NCBI GenBank assembly: GCA_030141605.1 | Contig: JAQGDQ010002384.1 | Location: 280,514 to 344,513, forward strand | DNA: 64,000 bases | Direction: 5' to 3' | Source: Tubiluchus corallicola | Lineage: Eukaryota > Animalia > Priapulida | Part shown: in pieces, positions 28,972-41,460 of the stretch | How the letters are laid out: every line of letters starts with the position of its first letter | Numbering within the stretch: position 1 is the stretch's first letter | Program-made: the position numbers and the translations under genes | Notes under the pieces: model-generated | The model's input: the letters and a program-made list of their open reading frames with translations, nothing else | What the model was told of the DNA's origin: nothing | Databases searched by the model: none

Positions 28972-29326
28972 TGTTGTGGAGATCGCTGACGTCAAGTAGA
29001 ATTGCACAGAACGTCGTAGAATGTTCTGTCGGGATGACCGCTTTAGCGTCTGGATTGTTCTCGAACATTTGTTCCAGAAGTTTCTGCAGTGCGCTATATA
29101 AGGCGAAGCAGGCTGCCGACAGGGGATCGCACGCAGATCTAACACGGACTTATACTTACGCATTTATACTTACTTAAACGTTTTCCAGATTTTCACGTTT
29201 ATTGTAATCATTTCAACGTTCCTTCATCTTTTGTATAGTAGAATTCTCGCTAAATAAAGCAGTTTTATTTGACGGCGTGTTTTCTGGTTTTCTCTACGAG
29301 CCTTTCGAGAGAAACTAAACACAACA
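28972..29326 (+). mobile_element. Solo LTR (355 bp)
   Basis: TGTTGTG...CACAACA inverted termini; perfect 5-bp TSD CTAAC (28967-28971, 29327-29331); TATATAA at 29095, AATAAA at 29253. Paralogous units show the empty site (single CTAAC at 45120 and 59507). Confidence 0.92.
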
Positions 29327-29421
29327 CTAACTTGTATATTAAGTAATACGATACAGACAACATACTAGATTAAAAATTTCTAGCTTCATATTTGCATTTT
29401 GTTTCTACTCAACAGACCAAG

Positions 29422-32400
29422 ATGACAAGTTTAAATAAGGGATGCACGTTGCCTTTATATGTGGTGGATGCTTTCACAAGCCAGGCATTTGCTGGAAATG
29501 CTACTGTTGTATGTCTAGTGTCACACAATCAGGTAAATTAATGATCTGTCATTAACAAACTTTTCGTCTTAATCTGTTGTCAGCTATTTTTATTGCACTG
29601 TTCTTCACTGCAAATAACTTGTGATCCTATAGCACAAAATCAAAGTCAATGTATGTGGCTTAATCGCACTCTTATTTATGTAAAGATACGAGTTTTTAAC
29701 TACTAACTGATAATGTTTCTTGTTATTTATTTATGCGATTAACTCAATTAATCTACTGTGTTACAATAAATAAATCATTATATTATAATATTTAAATCAC
29801 AGGCTTGCATAATAAAAATCACTGGTTTCCTTTTAGAAATATTGAAACAAATTTAACAAGTTAGATGAAAATAAAAGTGTCCATTTGGTCACAGCTGAAA
29901 TCAATTTGTAATCAATTAAACTTATAACATCAGTCATAATAATGTCAGGATAATGGTGACTGTGCCTTTCAGTTATGTTTGTATTTGGATCTATTATAAC
30001 AGTAGGTGTTTTTCATAAAGCGTTAGTATAATTTTAAGTGAGAATTACAATGAGTATCAATGCAGAAAATGCATTTTGTTGTTGTTGTTGTTTCCGTCTC
30101 TACTGAGGCTTTGTAGTTTCTTTTTGCAATTAGAATAGATATTCTGTGTATTATTTGAACTGTACAAAACAGCAGATATGTTATATGTTCAAAATGTATC
30201 CCAAACTGCCCAAAAGCTGTGTTGTTTTTATTAGTTGAATTGTGGTGTAATCTGCATTTCTTGGGTTATATTATTAAATGGCTGTAGACATTGTGATGTA
30301 TATAGTCCTTCGGTTATTCTATTTTAGGTAATCGACGATGCAAAAATGCAAAAAATTGCTTTCGAAATGAACTTGCCGATAACCGGTTTCATTGCACTGC
30401 CAACAGAAAACGATTCGTTCAAGAATTCTTCCCGTTTTGGTCTACGATGGTTTACCCCTGCCTGCGAATTCCAACTGTGCGGTCATTCCACTCTTGCTGC
30501 TGCCACGGTGCTTTTCTCTTGTGTTGGTAAATTTGCTAAGCAGGACAGAAATGTAAATCTAGAAGCTGAAGCTGAGTCAGTTGCTACTAAATCAGCTGAG
30601 TCACACAGTAAATCAGCTAGCTCGGCTGAAACTGAGTCAGTTGCTACTAAATCAGCTGACACTCACAGTAAATCAGCTAACTCGGCTGAAACTGAGTCAG
30701 TTGCTACTAAATCATCTGACACTCACATAGTAAATCAGCTAGCTCGGCTGAAGTAATTTTAATGTTGTAATTGTAATTTTAAACAAACAAGCATACAAAA
30801 ACATACGTAAACTTGATAAAATCCTAAACAAAAAAATCTTTGCTTACGAATAGCCTAAATTGCTGCAGTTCAAGAATATGCCGGTACATGGTTTTTAAGA
30901 ACGTGACAACTGACAACTGTGTGAGTGACAGTACTTTCTCTACCTTACTGCAGATGCTAGCAGTGCAGCACCATCATGTGCTCTGGTTCCGTACAAGTAT
31001 AAAGAAAGAACTAAAGAAAAAAGACTTATTGTATTGAATATTATCGATAATATTGAGTGAAAATAGGGGGCGCTGCAGTTCTGATACTTATACACAACCG
31101 CCACTGTGCTGCATAAACACTAGGCCAAGTTGACCAAAACCTAAATTTTCCTAAGTGAACTTGGTTCAGGAATTGACACTTATGATTACTCCTTCAGTGG
31201 CTTACTTACTGGAGTTCACCATTACGAATGACAGATTGTGATTCTTATGTCCTGCAGCAACAATTTAGTGTTAGTTTGAATAGTTCTATTTGTGAACTGG
31301 TTTAAGTGATTCGACAGCACGCCCCTTTATATGCCATATATCTCTCATAATTTATGTACTCGCGATGTTAAAAAAATCTCCTGGCTTATAATCTGGCAAC
31401 TCTAGCAATGGATTTATTGAAAATATAATTTAAATCCAACCCTTGGCAAGGCTTATCTGGATTACCAACAAATCAATACTAAACACCAAAATGATCCCAT
31501 ACCTGTGGCTAATGTTGCCTATTTGTGCATTTTATTTAATTTTGAATTGACTGCTTTCTCATTCAAAAATTTCTGAAGTTTAGTATCTCTGCCAGCACAC
31601 GTACAATATGACCGCATTGCAACCAGTGATTTCATCATCATCATAAGCCTGTTACATTATTTCTAGACATTGGGCAGGCAAAATTCTAAAATAATAGAAA
31701 TCTGTCCTCAAAACAGGTAAACACAGCAGTAATCTAACAAAAACTGGACACTGCTATGCCAGTGACTTTTTCGCAAGAGCAAAAATCATCACAGCCGGCA
31801 AAAATGTCAGCTACCTCGACTTCCGTCACCGAGCGGCTGGCACGACTAAAGCTGGGTTTCTTATCGGCTAGGTCGACTGTAGAAATAAACCGGCTGGAGC
31901 TGAGCTGAAGCGGTACGGCTCTGGCTTCTATGGCGATCCCATAAGTATTTTTCACGTTGTCTTGAAAATCAGGGAGTTTTTATTTGCCAACCTAATACCA
32001 AACGAATTCACTGTGAATTTATTTGTGTGCTAATGTGTTTACTTCAAATAAGCTTCCATGCAGTTTTGCTTTTTTTTCTTCTATTGCTTGGAGATTGTGT
32101 GCCTTTTTTTGCATTTTAGGACTTAAAGCATTCCGCTGTTTTCAGTTCTCATCATATTTGGCATTTTCTTAGGAGACTGTCAGCTTTCCCTTCTTTTTAT
32201 CTGCACTTTAAAAAATTGGAAAAGAAAAATAGTGCCTGTTAACCATATTCTAAACCATATTCTATTCAAATAATGAAATTACAATTAGGCATTGCAATAT
32301 TTGATTGTATTGCTAATCCACTAATGCTACGATTAGGCTCTAAATATTTGTGAAATTGATAATCATTATGATAGGCAGGTCTGAAATTAAAAGGCAGCTA

Positions 32401-35400
32401 GTGAATATATCTACAGCTATGTAAATTATTACAGGTAACGAATTTACAGAGATTACATTTGATACGCTGAGTGGACCACTTGTTGCCAGAAAAAAAGAGG
32501 ACAATATGATTCTGCTTGATTTTCCTGCTAATCCAACTATTAGTGTTAACAAGGAAAATGTGAAAGAGCTTTTAAAGGTACCTACTCTTTTGAATGAGCT
32601 GTAAAACAAGTTTGCTTGGGTTTTTGTTGTAAGTAATTTTATCATTGAAGCTTTTAGCAGGTAGGTGGTTGACAGTTTGGAAGACATTCTGACACCTTGG
32701 TATATTTATGTATTTTAGGAAATTTCCAGGCTTACTCGTTTTAACTGTGTGTGCTGGCCATGTTTTTCAAATGTATCATATGGGCTGTTTTTTTGGTCAA
32801 TAGCTAAATTGCAGCTTTGCACAGACTTTTTTGAAGGCATATTACTTAGTATTATCTTACTTGTATTACTTAGTATTACGCTTTCTTGCCTGCAATACTC
32901 ATGTAAATAGAAAAGACACATTTTCTAGCTTTATGTAAGTAAAGGGCTTTCTTGCCTGCAATACTCATGTAAATAGAAAAGACACATTTTCTAGCTTTAT
33001 GTAAGTAAAGGGCTTTCTTGCCTGCAATACTCATGTAAATAGAAAAGACACATTTTCTAGCTTTATGTAAGTAAAGGGCTTTCTTGCCTGCAATACTCTT
33101 GTAAATAGAAAAGACACATTTTCTAGCTTTATGTAAGTAAAGGGCTTTCTTGCCTGCAATACTCATGTAAATAGAAAAGACACATTTTCTAGCTTTATGT
33201 AAGTAAAGGGCTTTCTTGCCTTTTATGACAATTTTTTGGTGTTTTAATTAACCCTATTCAGTTTTTGAATTTACCTGAAGAGGGGGACAGCATGAGAGGA
33301 GCATGGAAATTATTCAAAGGTGGGACGGGGTGGGGTGGTTACAGTAATGGTGGCAGTGAAGCGCTTGCTGTTACTTTATTGTTTCTTTTTACTGGCTGTT
33401 ACACACCCGTGCATGCATGCACACGCACGCACACACCCACACACACACACTGTTACATAATATAGTAAAGTATATCATATCACTCTTTTCGGTGATTCTA
33501 GATTGCATAGCACTCCTACAATAGGACTAGTTGAAGTTTAGCAAACAACTATCACAATTACTAACCTGACATTCTGTGCATTAAATTTAGAAATCCACAG
33601 ATTAAAGATACGAGACAATGCCGCTATGATAAAACTAAGGGTGCATTCAGACTAGCGAGTTTTCTGTTGGGAGTTTTTCTCTAACACCAAACTTGCAAGT
33701 GTGAACTGCTTTGCGAGTTACTATCGACAAGTCATTGCACACTTTCAGACAGTTGCTACGAAATGATTTCCTGTTTAGTGTGAACAGTCTCAGCGAGTTA
33801 CTCTTGACACTGCTCCCAGTGAATAGAGGAGGAGTATCAGCTGGTGTTTACTTCATGCTGGAGAATTTTGTTCTTTAGTCTGAACGTGCTTGCGAGTTAC
33901 TTGGCGAGAAAATTTGCTAGTATGAATGCTTCATTACTCTCAAAAGCAGTGCGACAAAATATCAACATTCTTGCAACAGTCAAGTCATCTAAATTCTTCT
34001 TTGTAAAAAGTATTTTGGTCCAAACTTTAATACACTGTAGAATCTTACGTGAATGTTTTTTATAATACAGGTACTTGTTGGAGATTTACCTATTGTTGAT
34101 GTGGAGTATGCTCCTGTTATACAACAAATGATTGTGTGTCTTCAAGATTCTGTGTCCAGGTGTGCATGTTGATAATTTTTTATTTGGTTTGTCGTGTGTC
34201 ATTCGTTTTGCACTTTTCATTTGCTTTCATGTTATTATACATACTATAAAATTGCTGCAAATTGCACAAATCTGCAATTAATCTCTATTTCTATGAAGTG
34301 TGTTTGTGTATGTTTGTTTATTTGTTTGCTATAAAGTCCTGTTTTATTTATTTAACTTAAAATTTGGTCTATTAAGTTGCTAATACATCACACTCCCCAT
34401 TGAATTATGGGATATGTACAGTTATGTGCAGAAATCAATTAACAAAAGCTGAAGTCAGTCTACTTTTTAACTTTTGGCAGGAGTTCTACTTACATGAAAA
34501 AGAATTTAAAATACACTATGTTTCAGTCCATTGTTGGGTTCATTCTCTCATTGTCTCATTTTTCATTCATTAGTCATTGATGTTATTATTGTTGTAAGTA
34601 TAAGGCTTCATGTGTGTGTGTGTGTTTTACCTTCAGGCAAGGACTACTATACAACAGGACGTGCACAGTCAGATCTCTGATTCCGCCAGCGGAGGCGATC
34701 AATACTTGTAATGAACGTAATCTAGAAATAGTGCGCTTTAGAGAGTAGTGATCTTGGAAATTAAAGAATGGACGGATCGGTAGATAGCGAGTATTATTTT
34801 TCATTTAATTGGTTCTTTACATTACGGGAGAAAAGTTCCAATTGTTTATTTTATGTATCAAAGGAAATTAGTGTTCATTTTTACTTCTTAAATAGCGCAC
34901 TACTTTAGGCGTAAGTGTGTTTTACCGGAAGTAGTGCTTTGTCATTGTTAATGTGTCATTGTTCAAAGTCAAGTGAAGCGTTGTTTTCGTGCTTGTGTTT
35001 GTTTCTTTTGGGATTATTTTCAAAATTTCTCGTGGATTTTATACATCTGTGCTCAGCAGCATGCCTAACAAGGTAACTATGACACGGAGAACAAGTGTCG
35101 TGTGTTCAGACTGCCAAGAGATCATGTAGAAAAACAGAAATGGCTAAGTGTTCTTCCCCCACGCGAAGGCTTTGTTGTTGATCCATCGAAATTTTTCATT
35201 TGCGAAAAGCATTGGCCATCGGATACTCAAATAGTCAAAATTCCAGGTGGTCACACCAGCCAGTGGATCCACCCAGTATTTTCAACGTTCCAACATCATG
35301 CTTGCCCACTCCAAAGCCACCACCTCGCCCTCCAAAAACTGAGGACCAGCAGCTGAATTATTTCTTTAAAAAGGATAAAATAACTTATCTCAATGAATTC

Positions 35401-38400
35401 ACTCCTGAGAAAGACCTGCATAAGACGTATCAGAACCTCATTATATCTCGCGCACAAGACAAATTTGTGTGCATGTTCATGGAAGAGGACCACAGTCAAT
35501 GTTATATGTCAATTATTGTTCACAATAAGCCTACCTTGTGTTCCCCTCTTACTCTGTATGCTTTCAAAAACGGGATCAGTGTGCCATTAATTAAAATCCT
35601 CAGTCCGAACAATGGACTGTCCTCTTACTCACAATTTTTCGCGGTTGTGAATTCTGTTGTCAACCACATTCATCATGTTGATGATATTGTCAACAAAGTG
35701 ACAAAGTCTCTTGAACTTGAACTAGCTCAAAATCGAGAACAATCTCCTAGTGTTAATGCTAAAGCCAAGAAGCTCAAATTTCTAACACGACAGCTTCGAC
35801 TATTATGTGATAAGACTTTCACAGTGTCTGATTATTGCTTTGCAATAGAGTCATTTCCCCATTGCAATTACGAACAACTGCGTGACTTTTTAGTGTTACC
35901 CAGCAAAAGAAAGCTGCAGTCAGTTATTTCATCGACAGATATTGACAAGGTGCTAGGTAAAACATTTCAGAAAGTAAAAAGCTCTGAGCAGAAACACTGT
36001 ATGCTATTGGTGGATGAAGTGAAAATATGCCCAACAGTGGCTTAAGGTCCCATGTTGCTTAATTTTGCAGCTAAGGACACTGTGAGCAACAAGCTAATCC
36101 TGTCATTCGTGATAAAACAATAAAGAGACATTTATTTTCAGGGAGATCTTGGAAGCAAGGGCACCGGATATTTTTGCTCTTCCTGCAGCTAACACATCCC
36201 TGATGAAACTGTACGGTGTCCACTTGACGGTTAAAGCTCCAGCCAACTCCGGCTATGACTTTTATTCCCGCAGTTTTTTTCCCTGGATTGGAACGTCTGA
36301 AGATCCAGTTTGTGGTAAACAATTTGCATTGTTTATGTAAGAATGAATGAATATACTATTGATATATATGAATTAATTATAATTATCTTTGCTTTAAAGT
36401 AAAGCTAAACAAAAGAAATTATGTTTATTATTCTTGATGTGCACCATTTTGCTGCGTCTGTGTTTGCCAGTAAGTGGCGTACTCTACTGGCGTTGTTTTG
36501 TAACTTTTCTTTCTCTTTTGAAATGCAGCACAACTAGGGTTGTGGTTTATACAGTAAAATAATTAATATTGGAACATACGATAATTTGAGGCTTCATGCC
36601 ATACAAAAGAGGTAGCTATACGAAGATTGTTAATTAGTTAGTTAGCTATATAAGCTAGTCAGTTAGTCAATCAGTTAGTTTTGGCAAGTTTTCAGTATGG
36701 CATGTTGGGTTGGACAGCTGGGTGTTCTTGGCACTCTTGGCGGCTTTACATTCTTGGAGGCTTGGCGATGGGGTGGAAGACAGAGGCAAGATTTGGAGTG
36801 GAAAACAGGTAGAGTGTCGGCAGTGGGACTGATGTAGGAAGATAGTAGGGTGTGAAGAGAACCACCTAAACTGCAAGAGTGCCCAAATCAATACCAAAAC
36901 ACTAAAATGATCCCATGCGTGTGTCTAACATTGCCTATTTTTGTGTTTAATTTTGAATTGACTGCTTTCTCATTAAAAAATTTTTCAAAGATAGTATCTC
37001 TGCCAGCACACGCACACAGTATGACCACGAATCCGTAGTGCATTCGCCAAATTTCACCCAGTGATTTCGTCATCATCACAAGCCTGTTATGTCAATTGTA
37101 GACATTGGGTAGGCAGAACTCTAAAATAAAAGAAATCTGCCCTCAAGACAGGTAAACACAGCAGTAACCTAGCAAAAAACTAGACACTGCTTTGGCAGTG
37201 GCTTGTTCGCAAGAGCTAAAATCTTCGCAGCCGGCAAAAATGTCGGCTGGCTCCACTCATCTCTGAGTGGCTGGTGCGACTAAAGCTGGGTTTCTTATCG
37301 GCTAGGTCGACTGTAGAAGTGAATTGCCTGGAGTTCAGCTGAAACGACATGGCTCATGCCTCTAGTTTTAAGATGAAGATTAGTTTTAGTTTTGTTCTGT
37401 GTTAGTCTTGCATTTTCTGTCTTAAGTCTGACTGAAAATCACTATGTCACTGAAGGAGTTGCCAGTTTTATGGTTTTTCTGTTGAGGTGGTTTCTAACTT
37501 TGCAGTTTTTATGAGAATAATGAAATTTTGGCCACAAAATATTCTATCCAGTACAGAAGGACTTATGTGGTAATAGTTCCAGTGAATAAAGTATACATTG
37601 TAGGCCTGATTTTCAAAAACATGAAATGTTTTTTTTTCAAAAACATGAAAAGCCTATCTTAATTCATTATATTTGCATGTTTAAAGTTTGCAATGTTTGA
37701 TGCCAGTAATCTCCAACTAATTTCTGACTATGTTAGGGTCGGCTCACACTATATTTGGTTGTTACTGGCAAAAAGTGCTGGGAAAATCAACTTTTCAAGG
37801 TAGGATAATTTGCTGTTTTATGACGTTTGTTATAATTTAACTTATGATGCTTATTCGTTTATGATCTGATTTTGTATGTTTTTCAGTATGTCAGTAGATC
37901 TCAATTTAAATTCTGTGCAAGATTATTACCATGCTGACAAAGAGCGACATAGGTTTGATTTACTTAATGTCGTACAGCACACTGTAATTTAATGTGTGTA
38001 AAGTCCTCGAAAGGTTAAAAAATGAAAATTTCCAGCCATTGTAAATAACTGCGTCTTAGTTTACATAATTTTTCACAAAAAATTACAGAATGCTATAAAA
38101 TATAATTGTTATTTTGAACAATATATATTTTTAGTGGCCAGTCACAAAGTATAATTACTGCCCTGCAATACCATATCACATAGACTTGTGCAGCATATGT
38201 TACCGGAACAGTATCTTGCTTAACCCTTTTACCGCCTCCATGATGTACTATTATGTCTATTTTTTGTATTGGCTTATGCCTATTTGATGTACATATTTAT
38301 CATTAGTATCTAGCGCTCCATTTAAACTCTGGCGAAGTGTATTATCGCTTAGTTTAGTACGTTTAGACAGCTAGCAGGGCCCAGCACAGCTCCAGGAATA

Positions 38401-39391
38401 TGTGTAAACTGAGTTTGACCTTATTTCCTTGGCTACATAGCACATCTGCTACGTACATATATGTCTTCGACTGTGAATTCTGCATCATTTGAAATTTGCT
38501 GTTTTTGCACATTTTTATTATTATTAATAATAATCTTTTGTTCGTATAAAATTTTTTATACAGCAATGTAGTTTTAGTATAAATAATTAATACAATGAAA
38601 AATAATTTTTGTTAGTAATTAAAAAACAAGAGATTTAGAGATTTTAAGACAATTTTCAGCAAAAAGCTTAAAGATTTGATAGTTTTGGAGGTTTTAATGC
38701 ATATGCACACTCTCCCACTTATTTTAGAGATGATGGACCTATATATATATATATATATATATATATGTTCTAAACATTCTTGATAGATATATAAAAATGA
38801 TCTGTAAAGGGATTATTATTCTTGTACACAATTCTACGTGATTTTAAGGCTTTTGGTTTTTGCATGTATTTTACTTTTGATAAATGTATACCAAAACAAA
38901 TATATTTTTAATTGTGACTTGCACAAGTTGATTTTCGGGCTGAATTTAGGGGCTGAAGCTGTTTTACTTGCATGACACTATAATTTTGCTTTGGAGGTTC
39001 ATTTATTGATCTAAATTCAGTTTCATGTGCAGTTTCATATCACCATATTGCCTCATTTGCAAATAAATATAAAACTTAAACAAGTAAGTAAATATATAGG
39101 CCTAACAAATTTTCGTGAATGAATGTAATGATTGATTGATTGAATGAATGAATGAATAGGTGGGTGCATGATTGATTTTTATTTGGCTTGTTGAAATCAT
39201 ATCTTTTTTTCTTATGAACAATATCAAAATAAAGTTGCAAAGTTGTTATTTTGTCATGTGCTTTGTGCGTTTTTGTAGCTCGTCAGTGCTCAAAAAGAGG
39301 AGGAGATGTCTACGTGAATGTACGAGAAGACAAGAGAGTCGAGATTGGAGGCAAGTCTGTAGTCGTTATAGAAGGAAAGATCTATTTATAG
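29422..39391 (+). CDS. PBLD: PhzF/PBLD-family (DapF-fold isomerase/epimerase) protein, copy 1, 296 aa
   Basis: Exons 29422-29532, 30328-30526, 32435-32577, 34071-34159, 36142-36314, 37737-37799, 39279-39391; 891 nt, open. Motifs VDAFT..F.GN, MQKIAFEMNL, LRWFTP.CE..LCGH, FDTLSG, DFYSR.F.PW.G..EDPVCGSAH, QCSKRGG. The NLSET motif is changed to NLPIT. Confidence 0.92.
30564..30752. repeat. 60-bp tandem repeat x3 in intron 2 of copy 1
   Basis: GCTGAAACTGAGTCAGTTGCTACTAAATCAGCTGACACTCACAGTAAATCAGCTAGCTCG-like unit three times; only one partial unit in copies 2 and 3. Confidence 0.9.
32880..33221. repeat. 66-bp tandem repeat x5 in intron 3 of copy 1
   Basis: GCTTTCTTGCCTGCAATACTCATGTAAATAGAAAAGACACATTTTCTAGCTTTATGTAAGTAAAGG five times; a single unit in copies 2 and 3. 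Confidence 0.97.
33639..33933. mobile_element. PIF/Harbinger-like MITE (also at ~48610-48904 and ~62999-63293)
   Basis: Imperfect TIRs GGGTGCATTCAGACTAGCGAGTTTTCT / AGAAAATTTGCTAGTATGAATGCTTCA with TAA/TTA flanks. Confidence 0.65.
34638..36044 (+). mobile_element. Truncated P-element/THAP-type transposase fragment in intron 4 of copy 1
   Basis: THAP-like motifs FRLP...W...ICEKHW...PSIF (35061-35290, frameshifted, N-terminal Cys pair missing). Then YEQLRDFLVLPSKRKL and CMLLVDEVKI, typical of P-superfamily transposases. Begins CAAGGACTAC. Absent from copy 2. Confidence 0.8.
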
Positions 39392-41069
39392 TCTAAATCA
39401 TGGAATCGTACTTTATCTGATTGCTTTATCACAGTGTTGCCATTCTGGTTGATAAAGATTATTGTTTTGGAAGCTAAAAATTATAGTATTTTCCACCATA
39501 TTATCGCATCTTCATGCAAAATTCAAAATTTCTGTGTATTTGCAGCAAATTGTTATTATTATTGTATAATTATGCATTTAATAAGTAACCATAACACCAA
39601 AAAGTACTGTAGAAAACTGGCTATTTGTTTTACAGATTTTATTTTCCACTCATTGTAAAAAAGGTGAAACTGCAAGAGAAACAAGAAAAAAGAACATGAA
39701 ACAAAAGTAAATCCATAACAGACATGCAAAAAATAAATAAAGGAACAAGCATTAGCAAATTAACAAGCATACTGAAGCAGAATTTACTAATAAATAAACT
39801 TCCTGACATATCACAAATCAGCATGCACGCCTACACAAAAACACGCATATGCATATGCAGTTGCAAAAAAAAAACAATAATTAGGCATCACCGTAACACT
39901 ATTAGAAACTACCAAGCTGACAAATAAATTACTGCAAAGTTCTGCATAAAAATGAAGAAACATAAGAACTTACAAACGTTTGAGGATCTGTAGAAAAAAC
40001 TTTAAGCCAGTCTTCAGAAATTAACAGAGACATACTGATTCTACAACGGTGGCATACTGACTTCACAACTACTATACCACTAAAAACACAATTTTTTCCT
40101 ATTCTAAGGCTATCTAACCACTCATACAAGAGCGGCCAAGCATGTCAAACAAACTCTACAGGTAATGCAAAATGAATAATGACACTCTAGAATCAAAACA
40201 CCTGGCTTCACTGTACCCAAGCTGGCCTGAGAGATAACAAGTACCATTAGCAAGTGTAAAATTAAGTTTATCAAAACACAGTAGAATGTCGCTACCAGTC
40301 TCTTTTGAAATTACTGCTTTTTTCTGAAAACTTTGACCACTAATTGCGACCAGCATGGTTTGGATTACAACGAAGTCAAAATTTGTTTACTTTCCCCTGG
40401 TAAGCAGTAATGTTTTTTGTCTAAATTATCGTATAATTATCTGTTATCGTACAGTCTGTTTTTTTTGTATGGTATGAAGCATCAAATTATCGTATATTCG
40501 AATAATTATCATATAAAAAGCAACCCTGTTTATCATTTTCATGTCAGGTAAGTGCTAGAAAATAGAACGAAGGTAGAACTGTAGCAGTGCGTAGTTAATA
40601 TAAAAAAGAGTTCCTTTAAGGGAAAATAGAATGGTGTATAATGTTCTCTTATGATCAGTGATTATTTTATCATTGTTGTGTTTTTAATTAGAAATGCTCC
40701 TTTTAAGGGAAAATTAAAATAAGCTTTTAGCATGTAGTGAACTGAGTGGAATTCTGAAATAGTGTTGTTCCCTATAATAATTTTACAATTTTAGTCAAAG
40801 GATTATGTGCAGTTTTAATAGAAATATTATTTTATGTTCTATGCACTAAGTGGGATGGACGTTTTTGTTGTTGTTGATGTATACTATCTTTTCTCTATAT
40901 ACCAGCTAGACTACACCACTATTGTTATGCATTTGGGAAGTTTTACTTATGGACCAAAGTTGACCTTACCTTTTTTGCCCATTTCTGAAGTTAATTATTG
41001 TAGGTTTTATATTTTAGAATTTAAATGTGCCACATTGTTGCTTTATTAGGGTAGAGGATTGAGTGATAT

Positions 41070-41460
41070 TTTATCAATTGTGCCAAATAAATTAACTTGT
41101 TCTCGGTTAAAGCGGCTTAGGACTATAATAATGGCGGTTATATGCGCCATGCAATTTCTATATTTGAATGAAAATACAGCATTATTGTGTAAATTGTGCC
41201 AAATAAGTTAATATGTTTCTGCTTAAAGTGGATTATCAAGTTACTGCTGTGTTATTTGATTACAGTAATTTTTGTGGCTTTATAAATCGACCAAGTCCAC
41301 ATTAAGATGAAATTATATTTTTTGTAAACAGGATGAAACAGGATAGGAAATAAGTTAACAGGTTTCTGCTTAAAGCAGATTACGAAGTTACAGATGCGCT
41401 AAGCTATACTTTTTGATTACAGTTATATTTATAGCTGTATAAATCGTGGATTGAATAATT
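41070..41460. repeat. Diverged ~115-150 bp local repeats (also ~55495-55880)
   Basis: AATTGTGCCAAATAAGTTAA...TTTCTGCTTAAAG-like motif recurs three times, just before the duplication-unit junction. Confidence 0.55.

Noticed and set aside
30527-30756. AETESVATKS-repeat C-terminal extension of ORF 30346..30756
   Set aside because: Read-through past the exon 2 donor into a 60-bp intronic tandem repeat; the spliced gene continues at 32435.
32340-32687. 115-aa minus-strand ORF repeated at 47564 and 61951 (and similar short recurring ORFs)
   Set aside because: Antisense shadow of PhzF exon 3; recurrence is due to the segmental duplication.
32880-33221. CRISPR-like array or repeat protein ORF 32876..33166
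   Set aside because: Units are contiguous with no unique spacers, the context is a eukaryotic intron, and there are no cas genes.
35061-36045. Domesticated THAP9-like host gene
   Set aside because: The THAP Cys pair is missing, the frame is shifted, it is truncated just after the first catalytic motif, and it is present in only one paralog.
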